A program made the position numbers and the translations under genes. From contig CAWBKP010000024.1 of the NCBI GenBank assembly GCA_963789395.1, forward strand, positions 378,477 to 442,476: a stretch of DNA of 64,000 nucleotides, given 5' to 3'. Below, piece after piece: positions 40,439 to 50,442 of this stretch; the stretch's first letter is position 1; the number at the start of each line of letters is the position of its first letter. The notes beneath the pieces are model-generated. The model made no database searches, was not told where the DNA came from, and saw only the letters and a program-made list of their open reading frames with translations. Source of the stretch: an uncultured delta proteobacterium (GTDB lineage Bacteria; Desulfobacterota; Desulfobacteria; Desulfobacterales; Desulfatirhabdiaceae).

Positions 40439-40963
40439 TTATGTTTTTAGATGATATATGCCCGGTAATCCCCTGTAGTTTTCGGCGTAATCCAGGCCAT
40501 AGCCAACCAGAAATCCTTCGTGGGTGGTATGACAAGTATAGTCAACCCGGATATCCGCTTCTCGTCTTTCATATTTATCAATAAATGCACAGATCTTGAC
40601 GGATGCCGGCCCTTGAGAGAGAAAATATTGTTGAATATGGGCCAGCGTCAAACCGGAATCGACAATATCTTCAACCAGCAGGAGATGCTTGTTCCTCACA
40701 TCAATCTGAACCGTATGGGTCAAGGTAACCGTTCCGGATGTAGTCATGGCACCGCCATAACTGGATGCACGGACAAAATCTATCTGAAACGGAATGGTGA
40801 GATGTCTTGCCAGATCCGAAAGGAAAATGAACGCCCCTTTCAGAATGCCGACAAGAAGGAGGTCTTTTCCCGTGTAATCCCGTGAAATCACCCCGGCGAT
40901 GTCGATGATTTTCTGCTGGATCTCCTCTTTGGTCAGGATGGGAACAAGCTCTGGTGTCGTCAT
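40439..40963 (-). CDS. hpt: Hypoxanthine phosphoribosyltransferase
   Basis: GILKGAFIFLSDL, LLVEDIVDSGLTL and FLVGYGLDYAENYR. Confidence 0.95.
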   Translation of the reverse strand: MTTPELVPILTKEEIQQKIIDIAGVISRDYTGKDLLLVGILKGAFIFLSDLARHLTIPFQIDFVRASSYGGAMTTSGTVTLTHTVQIDVRNKHLLLVEDIVDSGLTLAHIQQYFLSQGPASVKICAFIDKYERREADIRVDYTCHTTHEGFLVGYGLDYAENYRGLPGIYHLKT

Positions 40964-40965
40964 TA

Positions 40966-41884
40966 TTACAGACCGGTTTCCGCCAATTGTTCAATCAGCT
41001 TTTTTTGTTCCTTGGTCAGATGTTTCGGCATCTGGACATCGATCTGCACATACAGATCCCCTTTGGTCTCTTCATTCATGAAGGGAAGACCGTTGCCTGC
41101 AAGCCTCATCTGCGTTTTATGTTTGACCCCCGCGGGGATTTTGAGACTGAGTTCTTTTCCGTCAATTGTGGGAATGGCCAGCGTGACGCCCAGGAGCGCC
41201 TCTGTCAGTTTGATGCTGCGCTTGATGTGCAAGTCGTGCCCCTTGACATCGAACATCTGATCATCAAGGATTTTGGCTTTGATATAGAGATCGCCGGAAG
41301 GTCCGCCGTAAGGACCGGCTTCGCCTTTTCCGCTGATCCGTAGTTTTTTTCCGGTAACCAATCCTTTGGGAATTTTGACGGTTAAGTTCTCGGACTGGGG
41401 TCCATGCTGGAAACTGACCTGTTTACTGGTGCCCGTGGCCACTTCCTGAAGCGTGAGCGGCATTTCATATATGAGATCCGATCCTCGGATCGGTGCTTCC
41501 TGGCCGGAAAAATTTCCAAAAGGGGATCCGCCCCCGAAAGAGAATTTTCTCCCGCCCCCTTTTCTGCCGGCGGAAAAACCCGCGCCCCCGAGACCGAATC
41601 CGCGCAGGAGATCTTCCATATCAAACCCCCTGAAAATATCTTCCTGCGAGTATCTTTGATGAAATCCAGTGGAGCCGAAGGTGTCATACTGCTGGCGTTT
41701 TTCCTTGTCGCTCAGCACGGCATAGGCTTCGCTGACCTGCTTGAATTTTTCTTCGGCGGCCTTGTCTCCCTTGGCATGGTCGGGATGGTACTTCATCGCA
41801 AGTTTACGGTACGCTTTTTTGATTTCGTCTTCAGTGGCGGTCTTATTCACGACCAAGCGCTTTATAATAATCTGTTTCAGCCAT
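40966..41884 (-). CDS. DnaJ-class chaperone without zinc finger, CbpA-like (indel near 41855)
   Basis: Likely start [11 protein letters not shown] at 41884; [17 protein letters not shown]-rich region, GDLY motifs; no CxxCxGxG repeats. Confidence 0.9.
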
Positions 41885-42057
41885 CGGTACAGTCCTTGAT
41901 GGTAGTTCGAGTTAAAGGTATTCAATTTTTCAGATGCCCGTCACGACAGCAGAAGAAGGCCATGAATAGCGTGTTCTCCATGGTCATTTGCCGGCATGCT
42001 GCATTATTTCTATCGGCTAACAATAAGTTTAAAGCTGTAACATGTCAAGAATATTAG

Positions 42058-43947
42058 TCAAGCAGCAGATTCCGCATGTCTGTCCAAAACTTTTATCGCA
42101 ATCATCAATACGGAGATGGCCGAAGGGGTCATGCCGTCGATCCGGGAAGCCTGACCCAGTGATGCGGGTTTGACCGTTGCAAGCTTTTCTTTCAGCTCGT
42201 TGCTGAGGCCGTGAATGACTTCATAATTCAGGGTTTCCGGGATTTTCATACGTTCAAGATTTCTGAATTTATCGATTTCCCGGTATTGACGCTGGATATA
42301 GCCTTCATACTTGATCTCTATCTCAACCTGCTGGCTGTTTTTATCGGACAGGGGCTGTGCAGCGGGAGACAGGGTTTCCACCACATGGTAGTCGAGTTCG
42401 GCCCGCTTCAGTAAATGATCGAGATGGATTCCGTTATCGATGGGTGTCGTCCCCTTCCCGGTCAGATAAGCATTGACGCTGTCCGTGGGACGTATGACCG
42501 TTGTTTTGACACGTCGAATCTCATTTTCGATTTCTTTTTTTCGCTCACGGATATCCTTCAGGGTATTTTGGTCGATAAGACCCAGTTCAAAGCCGGTTTC
42601 CATCAGGCGCAGATCGGCATTGTCCTCCCGAAGCATCAGACGGTATTCGGCCCGGGAGGTGAACATGCGGTAGGGCTCGCGGGTGCCCCGGGTGACAAGA
42701 TCATCGATCATCACCCCCATATATGCCTGGGATCTGTCCAGAATAAACGGCGGTCTTTTTTGAATGCTGCAGGCGGCATTGATGCCGGCCCACATTCCCT
42801 GGGCAGCCGCTTCTTCGTATCCGGATGTGCCGTTGATCTGACCGGCCAGATATAGACCTGTAAACAACTTGCTTTCCAGCGTAGGTTTCAGCTGAATCGG
42901 ATTGACGTAATCGTATTCAATCGCATAAGCCGGCCGCATGATTTCGGCATTTTCAAGCCCGTCCACGGAGCGGACAACTTCAAGCTGTACTTCAACCGGA
43001 AGACTGTTTCCAAGGCCGCTGGCGTAAATTTCTTCAGTTTCCAGCCCTTCAGCCTCCAATATGACATGATGCCGGTCTCTTTCCGGAAATTTAACGATCT
43101 TGTCTTCAAAAGACGGGCAGTATCTGGCGGACACCCCCTGAATCACGCCGCCATAAAGCGCTGAACGGCCGATGTTGCGCTGAACAATCTGATGACAACG
43201 GGAATTGGTATACCCCATGAAGCTTTCAATCTGTGGCAGTACCGTGTTTTTTGAAAAATATGAAAACAGTTTGGGGTGTTCTTCAGACCCCTGGGCTGTA
43301 AATTTTGAAAAATCGATGCTGGATTTTTTCAGCCGTGGCGGGGTGCCGGTTTTCATGCGGCCAAGGGTGAAGCCCAGGGCTTTGAGATGTTCGGCAAGGC
43401 TGTAGGATGCAAATTCGCCGGCTCTTCCCGCCTGTATGGACCGGAATCCCACGTGGACCAGACCGCTCAAAAAAGTTCCGGTTGCCAGAATCACGCACGG
43501 CGCAACATACCCGAAGCCGGTATGATCTTCAATGCCCACCACATTGTTGCCTTCAATCACCAGTCGCTCCACCATGGCCTGCTTCAGATCCAGATTCAGC
43601 TGGCGCTCCACAACGGATTTCATCAGCGTATGATACCGGCTTTTATCATTCTGGGTCCGGGAAGCGTGAACCGCAGGGCCTTTCTTGGTATTCAACGTCC
43701 GGTACTGGATGGCGGTCTGATCGGCGATTCTGGCCATTTCTCCGCCAAGTGCATCGATTTCCTTGACAAGCTGACCCTTTGCCATGCCGCCGATGGAAGG
43801 GCTGCAGGGCATGGCGGCAACCTTATCCAGGTCGATTGCCAGAAGCAGAACCGAACATCCCATTCTTGCTGCAGCCAGCGCCGCTTCACAGCCGGCATGT
43901 CCGGCCCCGACCACGATAATATCGTAGTGTTTCGTATAGAAAACCAT
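42058..43947 (-). CDS. mnmG: tRNA U34 modification enzyme MnmG (GidA)
   Basis: [50 protein letters not shown] and [12 protein letters not shown]. True start likely 43947; the ORF-track extension is antisense to the next gene. Confidence 0.96.
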   Translation of the reverse strand: MVFYTKHYDIIVVGAGHAGCEAALAAARMGCSVLLLAIDLDKVAAMPCSPSIGGMAKGQLVKEIDALGGEMARIADQTAIQYRTLNTKKGPAVHASRTQNDKSRYHTLMKSVVERQLNLDLKQAMVERLVIEGNNVVGIEDHTGFGYVAPCVILATGTFLSGLVHVGFRSIQAGRAGEFASYSLAEHLKALGFTLGRMKTGTPPRLKKSSIDFSKFTAQGSEEHPKLFSYFSKNTVLPQIESFMGYTNSRCHQIVQRNIGRSALYGGVIQGVSARYCPSFEDKIVKFPERDRHHVILEAEGLETEEIYASGLGNSLPVEVQLEVVRSVDGLENAEIMRPAYAIEYDYVNPIQLKPTLESKLFTGLYLAGQINGTSGYEEAAAQGMWAGINAACSIQKRPPFILDRSQAYMGVMIDDLVTRGTREPYRMFTSRAEYRLMLREDNADLRLMETGFELGLIDQNTLKDIRERKKEIENEIRRVKTTVIRPTDSVNAYLTGKGTTPIDNGIHLDHLLKRAELDYHVVETLSPAAQPLSDKNSQQVEIEIKYEGYIQRQYREIDKFRNLERMKIPETLNYEVIHGLSNELKEKLATVKPASLGQASRIDGMTPSAISVLMIAIKVLDRHAESAA

Positions 43948-43983
43948 TGGTAAAAGCCCTTTGGTATGATAAAAAAACAGGTC

Positions 43984-44899
43984 ATGGACAAACGCTATAC
44001 CGACTATAACACCTATCTGCGTCAGCTCTTCGGATGCAGGGTCCAGAAAATATCGATTGACGCAGGTCTGACCTGCCCCAACCGGGATGGCCGAATCGGT
44101 ACGGGCGGCTGCATTTATTGCAATGCCAGGGGATCCGGAACCGGCGCGTTTGCTCAAGGGATTTCGGTTGCCGACCAGGTTGTTCGCAGCAAGGCGGTGA
44201 TGGCAAAGCGATACAAGGCCAAAAAATATATAGCCTACTTTCAATCTTTTTCCAACACCTATGCGCCGGTTTCCATATTAAAACAACTGCTATGATGCGG
44301 CATTGACGGTTCCGGATGTCGTGGGCCTTGCCATCGGCACCCGGCCGGACTGTGTGGACGCGGAAATTCTCGATCTTCTTGAAGGTTATGCGAAACAGTA
44401 TCTGGTATGGATTGAATACGGTCTTCAGTCCGCACACGATTCAACCCTGCATCGGATTAACCGCGGGCATGACTTTGACTGTTTTCAAAAAGCCGTATCC
44501 CTGACCCGCAACCGGGGAATCAATATCTGTACCCATTTGATTTTCGGGCTTCCCGGAGAAACTCGGGAAATGATGCTGGATACCGCAAAAATCATCGCCC
44601 GCATGGAAATTGACGGTGTCAAGCTTCATCTGCTGTACGTCGTCAAAGGGACCGCGCTGGAAACCCTTTACCGTCAGGGACATTACCGCTGTCTGGAACA
44701 GCAGGAATATGTGGATATCGTCTGCGATGTGCTGGAGCTGCTTCCCCGGGAAATGGTCATTCAGCGACTGACCGGAGATCCTCATCCAGAAGAGCTGGTG
44801 GCGCCTTTATGGTCTTTGCAGAAATCTCAGACATTTTCACTGATACAGGAAACCCTGGCAAAGCGCGATTCCCGGCAGGGTAATAAGTTTCACGGTTGA
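43984..44899 (+). CDS. TIGR01212 radical SAM protein, YhcC/YtqA (MnmL)-like (frameshift near 44290)
   Basis: [55 protein letters not shown] and QRLTGD. Confidence 0.9.
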
Positions 44900-44917
44900 A
44901 CTGCTTCTTATGACATG

Positions 44918-44963
44918 AGAATTTTGAATTTGTTTCGAATTTCGGATTTTGATATTCGAATTT
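44918..44963 (+). repeat. Dispersed repeat family A, copy 2
   Basis: AGAATTTTGAATTTGTTTCGAATTTCGGATTTTGATATTCGAATTT; two mismatches to 10466-10511. Confidence 0.85.
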
Positions 44964-45027
44964 CGCCTGAACTGCTTTTTCAATTCAGGAACGATATAAA
45001 AGAAATGGCATTCACAGAAGGGAGCCT

Positions 45028-46605
45028 ATGCTGATTACGGAAATACTGGCCAGAAACGCCCGGATGTACGGGGCGGAAACCGCATTGATCGAGCGGGAAC
45101 CGGCCAAAAACAAACGGGTGGAAATTACCTGGAAGGAATTTGATGACTGTTCCAACCGGATCGCACGGGCCCTGATCAGCCGCGGCATCCGAAAAGGCGA
45201 TAAAGTCGTTCAACTCATGACAAACTGCATTGAATGGCTGCCTATTTATTTCGGAATCCTGCGCACCGGCGCATGGGTGGTTCCGCTGAATTTCCGGTTT
45301 GATGCCGCCACCGTTCTGCAGTGTGTTGAAACCGCCGAGGCAAGGGCCTTTATATTCGGCCCTGAATTTATCGACCGGGTGGAAAGCATCAAGGCAAAGT
45401 TGGATCGATTGCTGGATACATTCTGGTTTGTAGGTGATGAATCGGTCCGACCGTCCTATGCTGAATCATATCCGGATGTGATCGAACCTTTTGACCCCGA
45501 AGATCCGGCAATTGCAATTGATTTGACCGACTCGGCCGGGCTTTATTTTACATCCGGCACAACGGGCGCACCCAAGGCAACGCTGCTGACCCATCGAAAT
45601 CTGGAGTTTGCCTGCGTGGTGGAAAATCATCATCACCACCAGAGTCATGCCGATAATTTCCTCTGTCTGCCGCCTCTGTATCATACCGGCGCCAAGATGC
45701 ACTGGTTCGGCAATTTCATCGTCGGCGCAAAAGCGGTGATTTTAAAAGGCGTGGACCCCCGGCAGATTATTCAGGTGATTTCCGAGGAAAAGGTGACCAT
45801 AGTCTGGCTGCTCGTTCCCTGGGCACTGGATATTCTGTTTGCCGTTGAAAGCGGCGAGATCAAACTGAAGCATTATCAGCTGAATCAGTGGCGGCTGATG
45901 CATATCGGCGCGCAGCCGGTTCCGCCCAGCCTGATCCGGGAATGGAAAAAAGTATTTCCCCTGCATGAATACGATACCAATTATGGATTAACCGAGTCCA
46001 CGGGGCCAGGCTGTGTGCATCTTGGCATGGAAAACATGCACAAGGTCGGTGCCATCGGCCGGCCGGGTTTTGACTGGGAATACAAAATCATCGATACCCA
46101 TATGAACCCGGTAGAAAAAGGCGATCCCGGAGAACTCATGGTCAAGGGGCCGGGGGTGATGAAGGAATACTATCGCAACCCGGAGGCAACGCAGAGCGTG
46201 CTGGCAAACGGGTGGCTCATGACAGGGGATATCGCCAGAGAGGACGAAGACGGATTTATCTGGCTGGTGGATCGGAAAAAAGATGTGATCATTACGGGCG
46301 GGGAAAACATATATCCGGTTGAAATCGAAGACTGGCTCCAATCTCACCCCAAAGTTCAGGATGTTGCGGTCATCGGTCTTCCCAGTTTTCGTCTGGGCGA
46401 GATTGCAACAGCGATCGTTCAGGTAAAGCCGGGGCAGGACCTGACCAAGGATGAATTAAATGCCTTCTGCAATGATCTTCCCCGGTACAAACGACCCCGG
46501 AAGATCATATTTGCAGAGGTTCCCAGAAATCCTACCGGAAAGATCGAAAAGCCGAAGCTCCGTAAAACCTATGCCGGAAACGCGGAAAGCTTCAAAATTG
46601 AATAA
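45028..46605 (+). CDS. AMP-dependent acyl-CoA synthetase (ANL family)
   Basis: YFTSGTTGAPK, YGLTE, TGD, DRKKDVIITGGENIYP and PRNPTGK. Confidence 0.93.
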   Translation: MLITEILARNARMYGAETALIEREPAKNKRVEITWKEFDDCSNRIARALISRGIRKGDKVVQLMTNCIEWLPIYFGILRTGAWVVPLNFRFDAATVLQCVETAEARAFIFGPEFIDRVESIKAKLDRLLDTFWFVGDESVRPSYAESYPDVIEPFDPEDPAIAIDLTDSAGLYFTSGTTGAPKATLLTHRNLEFACVVENHHHHQSHADNFLCLPPLYHTGAKMHWFGNFIVGAKAVILKGVDPRQIIQVISEEKVTIVWLLVPWALDILFAVESGEIKLKHYQLNQWRLMHIGAQPVPPSLIREWKKVFPLHEYDTNYGLTESTGPGCVHLGMENMHKVGAIGRPGFDWEYKIIDTHMNPVEKGDPGELMVKGPGVMKEYYRNPEATQSVLANGWLMTGDIAREDEDGFIWLVDRKKDVIITGGENIYPVEIEDWLQSHPKVQDVAVIGLPSFRLGEIATAIVQVKPGQDLTKDELNAFCNDLPRYKRPRKIIFAEVPRNPTGKIEKPKLRKTYAGNAESFKIE

Positions 46606-46607
46606 AA

Positions 46608-46678
46608 AAGGCTGAAGGAAAAAGCGTCGGTACAAAATTTACCTTTCCTTCAGCCTTCAGTCTTTGCCCTTCAGCCTG
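46608..46678. terminator. Inverted repeat / CCTTCAG heptamer tract between convergent genes
   Basis: AAGGCTGAAGGAAA (46608-46621) pairs perfectly with TTTCCTTCAGCCTT (46644-46657); right arm is CCTTCAG-CCTTCAG-TCTTTGC-CCTTCAG. Confidence 0.6.
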
Positions 46679-46683
46679 AGTAC

Positions 46684-48621
46684 TTACTTCTTCCCTTTGA
46701 CTTCCTCGAAATCCGCGTCCACCACATCATCGTCAGCGGGTTTTGTTGATGAATATCCTTCTGATCCTGGACCGCCGGCATTACCCGGTCCGCCTTCGGA
46801 AGGATCGCCGGCCTGAGACGCTTTCTGATACATGGCTTCGGCAATCTTGTGAGATGCCTGCATGAGTTGATCGGTCAGGCGTTTGATCTGTTCGATATCG
46901 TCACCTTCCATCGCTTTTTTCAGCGGCGTGACTGCTGCCTCCACCTCCGCGCGTGTGGCGCCGTCCACTTTGTCCCCCAGATCCTTCATGGACTTCTCTG
47001 TGGAATAGATCAGCGTGTCTGCGGCATTTCGCGCCTCGACCAGCTCTTTTTTCTTCTTGTCTTCTTCGGCATGCATTTCAGCATCCCGGATGAGCTTGTC
47101 GATTTCATCCTTGTTCAGCCCGCTGGAGGCTGTGATTTTGATGGACTGTTCCTTGCCGGTTCCCAGATCTTTTGCGGAAACATTCACAATGCCGTTGGCG
47201 TCAATGTCAAAGGTCACTTCAACCTGGGGCACGCCTCGGGGGGCCGGCGGAATGCCGACCAGTTCAAAACGGCCCAGGGTCTTGTTCCCGTTTGCCATTT
47301 CGCGTTCACCCTGAAGCACATGGATGGAAACCGCGGGCTGGTTGTCCGCAGCGGTTGAGAACACCTGGCTTTTTTTGGTGGGGATGGTGGTATTCTTTTC
47401 AATCAACCGGGTCATCACACCGCCAAGCGTTTCAATACCGAGTGACAGCGGGGTCACATCCAGAAGCAGAACGTCCTTGACGTCTCCGCCAAGAACCCCG
47501 CCTTGAATGGCAGCGCCGATGGCAACAACTTCATCCGGATTGACGCCCTTGTGGGGCTCTTTGCCGAAAATGCGTTTAACCCGATCCTGAACCGCAGGCA
47601 TGCGGGTCATGCCGCCGACCAGAACCACTTCCTGAATGTCGTTGGGGGTCATGCCTGCGTCTTTCAGCGCAATTCGGCACGGTCCTTCCAGGTTATCCAG
47701 CAGGTCTGAAACCAGGGATTCCAGTTTTGCCCGGGTGATGCGGATGTTCATGTGCTTGGGGCCATTGGCGTCCGCGGTGATAAACGGCAGGTTGACGTCT
47801 GTTTCCATGGAGCTGGAAAGCTCCATCTTGGCTTTTTCCGCGGCCTCTTTCAGGCGCTGAAGGGCCATTTTATCGTTACGGATGTCAATTCCCTGTTCTT
47901 TTTTGAATTCGCTGGCAAGAAATTCAATCAGGCGAAGATCGAAGTCCTCACCGCCCAGATGGGTGTCGCCGTTTGTGGATTTGACCTCGAATACGCCTTC
48001 GCCGATCTCCAGGATGGATACGTCAAATGTACCGCCGCCCAGGTCGAAAACCGCAATCTTTTCTTCTTTTTTCTTGTCCAGTCCATATGCCAGCGATGCC
48101 GCGGTCGGCTCGTTGATGATGCGGAGCACATTGAGACCGGCAATCTTGCCGGCGTCTTTTGTTGCCTGTCTCTGGCTGTCGTTAAAATACGCCGGAACCG
48201 TAATGACGGCATCCGTAATGGTCTCTCCCAGATAATCCTCGGCCGTTTTCTTGATATTGGCCAGAATAAAGGAAGAAATCTCCGCCGGGCTCAGCTGCTT
48301 GTCCCGCAGACTGATGCGGACATCTCCGTTGCTGGCTTCTTCCAGTTTGTAGGGAAGAACCTTGATGTCTCGTTGCACTTCCGGTGTCTGAAATTTACGT
48401 CCGATCAGCCGTTTGACGGCAAAAACCGTATTCTGCGGGTTGGTAATGGCCTGACGCTTGGCGATCTGGCCAACCAGACGCTCGCCGCTTTCTGAAATCG
48501 CCACAATCGACGGGGTGGTGCGACCGCCTTCGGCATTGGTCAACACTTTGGCCTCTCCCCCTTCCATGATGGCCACGCATGAGTTTGTGGTTCCTAAATC
48601 AATTCCAATAATTTTGCCCAT
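46684..48621 (-). CDS. dnaK: Chaperone DnaK
   Basis: [35 protein letters not shown] and [10 protein letters not shown]. Confidence 0.99.
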   Translation of the reverse strand: MGKIIGIDLGTTNSCVAIMEGGEAKVLTNAEGGRTTPSIVAISESGERLVGQIAKRQAITNPQNTVFAVKRLIGRKFQTPEVQRDIKVLPYKLEEASNGDVRISLRDKQLSPAEISSFILANIKKTAEDYLGETITDAVITVPAYFNDSQRQATKDAGKIAGLNVLRIINEPTAASLAYGLDKKKEEKIAVFDLGGGTFDVSILEIGEGVFEVKSTNGDTHLGGEDFDLRLIEFLASEFKKEQGIDIRNDKMALQRLKEAAEKAKMELSSSMETDVNLPFITADANGPKHMNIRITRAKLESLVSDLLDNLEGPCRIALKDAGMTPNDIQEVVLVGGMTRMPAVQDRVKRIFGKEPHKGVNPDEVVAIGAAIQGGVLGGDVKDVLLLDVTPLSLGIETLGGVMTRLIEKNTTIPTKKSQVFSTAADNQPAVSIHVLQGEREMANGNKTLGRFELVGIPPAPRGVPQVEVTFDIDANGIVNVSAKDLGTGKEQSIKITASSGLNKDEIDKLIRDAEMHAEEDKKKKELVEARNAADTLIYSTEKSMKDLGDKVDGATRAEVEAAVTPLKKAMEGDDIEQIKRLTDQLMQASHKIAEAMYQKASQAGDPSEGGPGNAGGPGSEGYSSTKPADDDVVDADFEEVKGKK

Positions 48622-48708
48622 GGGTAATCCTCCTTGAATATCTAAAAGAAAAACTCTTTACAGTATGTGTTGCCGCCGGAACGCTTGATGTGCCGGCGGC
48701 GTACGGAT

Positions 48709-49305
48709 TTATTCGCTTGTGCCGGGTCCTTTGGAAACCACCACCATGGACGGCCGCAACAGCCGGTCATGAAGCGTATAGCCTTTCTGAAACTCGCTGA
48801 TAACGATGTTTTCAGCAACGGTGTCCGATGCTTCCTGCATCATGGCCTGGTGAAAATTGGGATCAAATGGTTTTCCGACAGCTTCAATGCCCTTGACTGA
48901 AAATTTTTCAAATATTTTCAAAAGCGCCTTCAGGGTCATCTCAACCCCCTCCAAAACGCACCCGACAGTTTTATGACCGTTGCCGGTGGATTGAACGGCC
49001 CGTTCCAGGTTGTCCACAACCGTAAGCAACTCCAGAAGCAGCAGTTCATTGGCGTATTTTCTGAAATCATCAGCTTCCCTGAATGAGCGCTTCTTAAAAT
49101 TCTCAAAATCAGCGGAAACCCTGAGCAATCGTTCATAATTCTGCCTTGACTCTTGTTCAGCCGTTTCACATCGTGTTTCCAGTTCCTTCACAGGGTCACT
49201 TATAGCATCGATTGCAACAGATTGTTCGTCAGCAGGGGGGTGTGGGATATCCGCATCGGGAGATAATGTTTCAGTCATGCGTTGAGAGGGTTTGGTTTTG
49301 CTCAT
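48709..49305 (-). CDS. grpE: Nucleotide exchange factor GrpE
   Basis: ADFENFKKR, FDPNFHQA and QKGYTLHDRLLRPSMVVV. Confidence 0.96.
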   Translation of the reverse strand: MSKTKPSQRMTETLSPDADIPHPPADEQSVAIDAISDPVKELETRCETAEQESRQNYERLLRVSADFENFKKRSFREADDFRKYANELLLLELLTVVDNLERAVQSTGNGHKTVGCVLEGVEMTLKALLKIFEKFSVKGIEAVGKPFDPNFHQAMMQEASDTVAENIVISEFQKGYTLHDRLLRPSMVVVSKGPGTSE

Positions 49306-49384
49306 GTGCCAGAAGGATCTCCTTAAATCATATTAAATTTCTTTCTGTTCGATTCAATAACAACCTGATGATTCAGTTGAGTGA

Positions 49385-49412
49385 AAAATAATACTGGTAC
49401 GACTGATGTCAA
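49385..49412 (-). promoter_or_regulatory. Candidate grpE-dnaK promoter
   Basis: Minus strand TTGACA-N16-TATTTT. Confidence 0.45.
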
Positions 49413-49451
49413 GACCCGCTTGGCCAGACAATTCCCATATTTTCCAATCGA

Positions 49452-50157
49452 TCATCCGGCAGATTGAAGATTTTTCCCAGCAAAATCCCAGTTGACAAGA
49501 TGCTCCATGAATGCCCGGATGTAATCGGCCCTTCGATTCTGATAGTCCAGATAATAGGCATGCTCCCAGACATCAAGCGTCAAGAGCGGAACCATTCCCA
49601 TGGTGACGGGCGTGTCGGCATTACCGGTATGGATGACTTTCAACTGATTGCCGTCTTTTACCAGCCAGGTCCAGCCGCTACCGAACTGAGAGGCTGCGGA
49701 TTCTGAAAATATTTTGACAAAGGCATCGTGTGATCCAAAAGATTGCGTGATGGCTTCTTGGATTTTCCCCTGGGGGTTACCGCCGCCTTTGGGTGTCATG
49801 CTCTGCCAGTAAAAATTGTGGTTAAAAAGCTGGGCCGCGTTATTGTAGGTGGGAATAAGCTCTTTGACGCCGTGTGATTTTTGAATGATTTCCGTCAGCG
49901 GCAATTTTGCCAGATGCGTTCCGGCGATCAGTTTCAGGGTATTGGCGGCATATGCCTGATGGTGTTTGCCATAATGAAATTCAATGGTCCGGGAAGAAAT
50001 GTAGGGTTCCAGGGCGTCATGGCCATAGGGAAGGGGGATGATGCCAGATTGCGCTCGTTTCGGTTTCCGACTGGCGGGAACAGCCGATTCCAGTCAGTTG
50101 CAGCATGGCCAATGTACTCAGATAAAACGATGTCTTTAAAAAATCGCGTCTGTCCAT
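49452..50157 (-). CDS. sodB: Fe/Mn superoxide dismutase with Tat (lipo)protein signal (frameshift near 50050)
   Basis: LPYGHDALEPYIS..TIEFHYGKHH (manual), NHNFYW, QFGSGW and DVWEHAYY; N-terminus MDRRDFLK...LTGIGC. Confidence 0.9.
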
Positions 50158-50264
50158 TATATTGCCTCCTCTGGATGATGTCGGGATGAATAATTGACCT
50201 GAAACGGACATACTGCTTCCAATGAGAAATCCGATTTTCGAAGCGTAAAAATCGAAAAATTGAG

Positions 50265-50392
50265 AGCCTCTTGCAAAAATACCGCCGTTCGTCACCCCGA
50301 TGAAAGGCGGGGTCCAGAAGTCGTTGAGTTCACTGGATACCGGCTTTTGCCGTTAAGACGGTAGAGGCAATTTGCAAGGGTTTTACAAGGCT
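50265..50392. mobile_element. MITE/REP-doublet element, family B copy 2 (inverted)
   Basis: Aligns over its length with the reverse complement of 18736-18865 (AGCCTCTTGCAA, GTTCGTCACCCCG, TTCACTGGATACCGGCTTTT). Confidence 0.8.
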
Positions 50393-50442
50393 CTGATATT
50401 GGTTAATAATCAAATGTTTTATGTGGATTCAAACTGATATGT

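Noticed and set aside
43948..44244. Apparent 99-aa N-terminal extension of MnmG
   Set aside because: Overlaps the real radical SAM gene on the opposite strand; MnmG similarity begins at 43947.
46849..48495. Long plus-strand ORFs opposite dnaK
   Set aside because: Antisense open frames are a well-known by-product of dnaK codon usage; no independent protein motifs.
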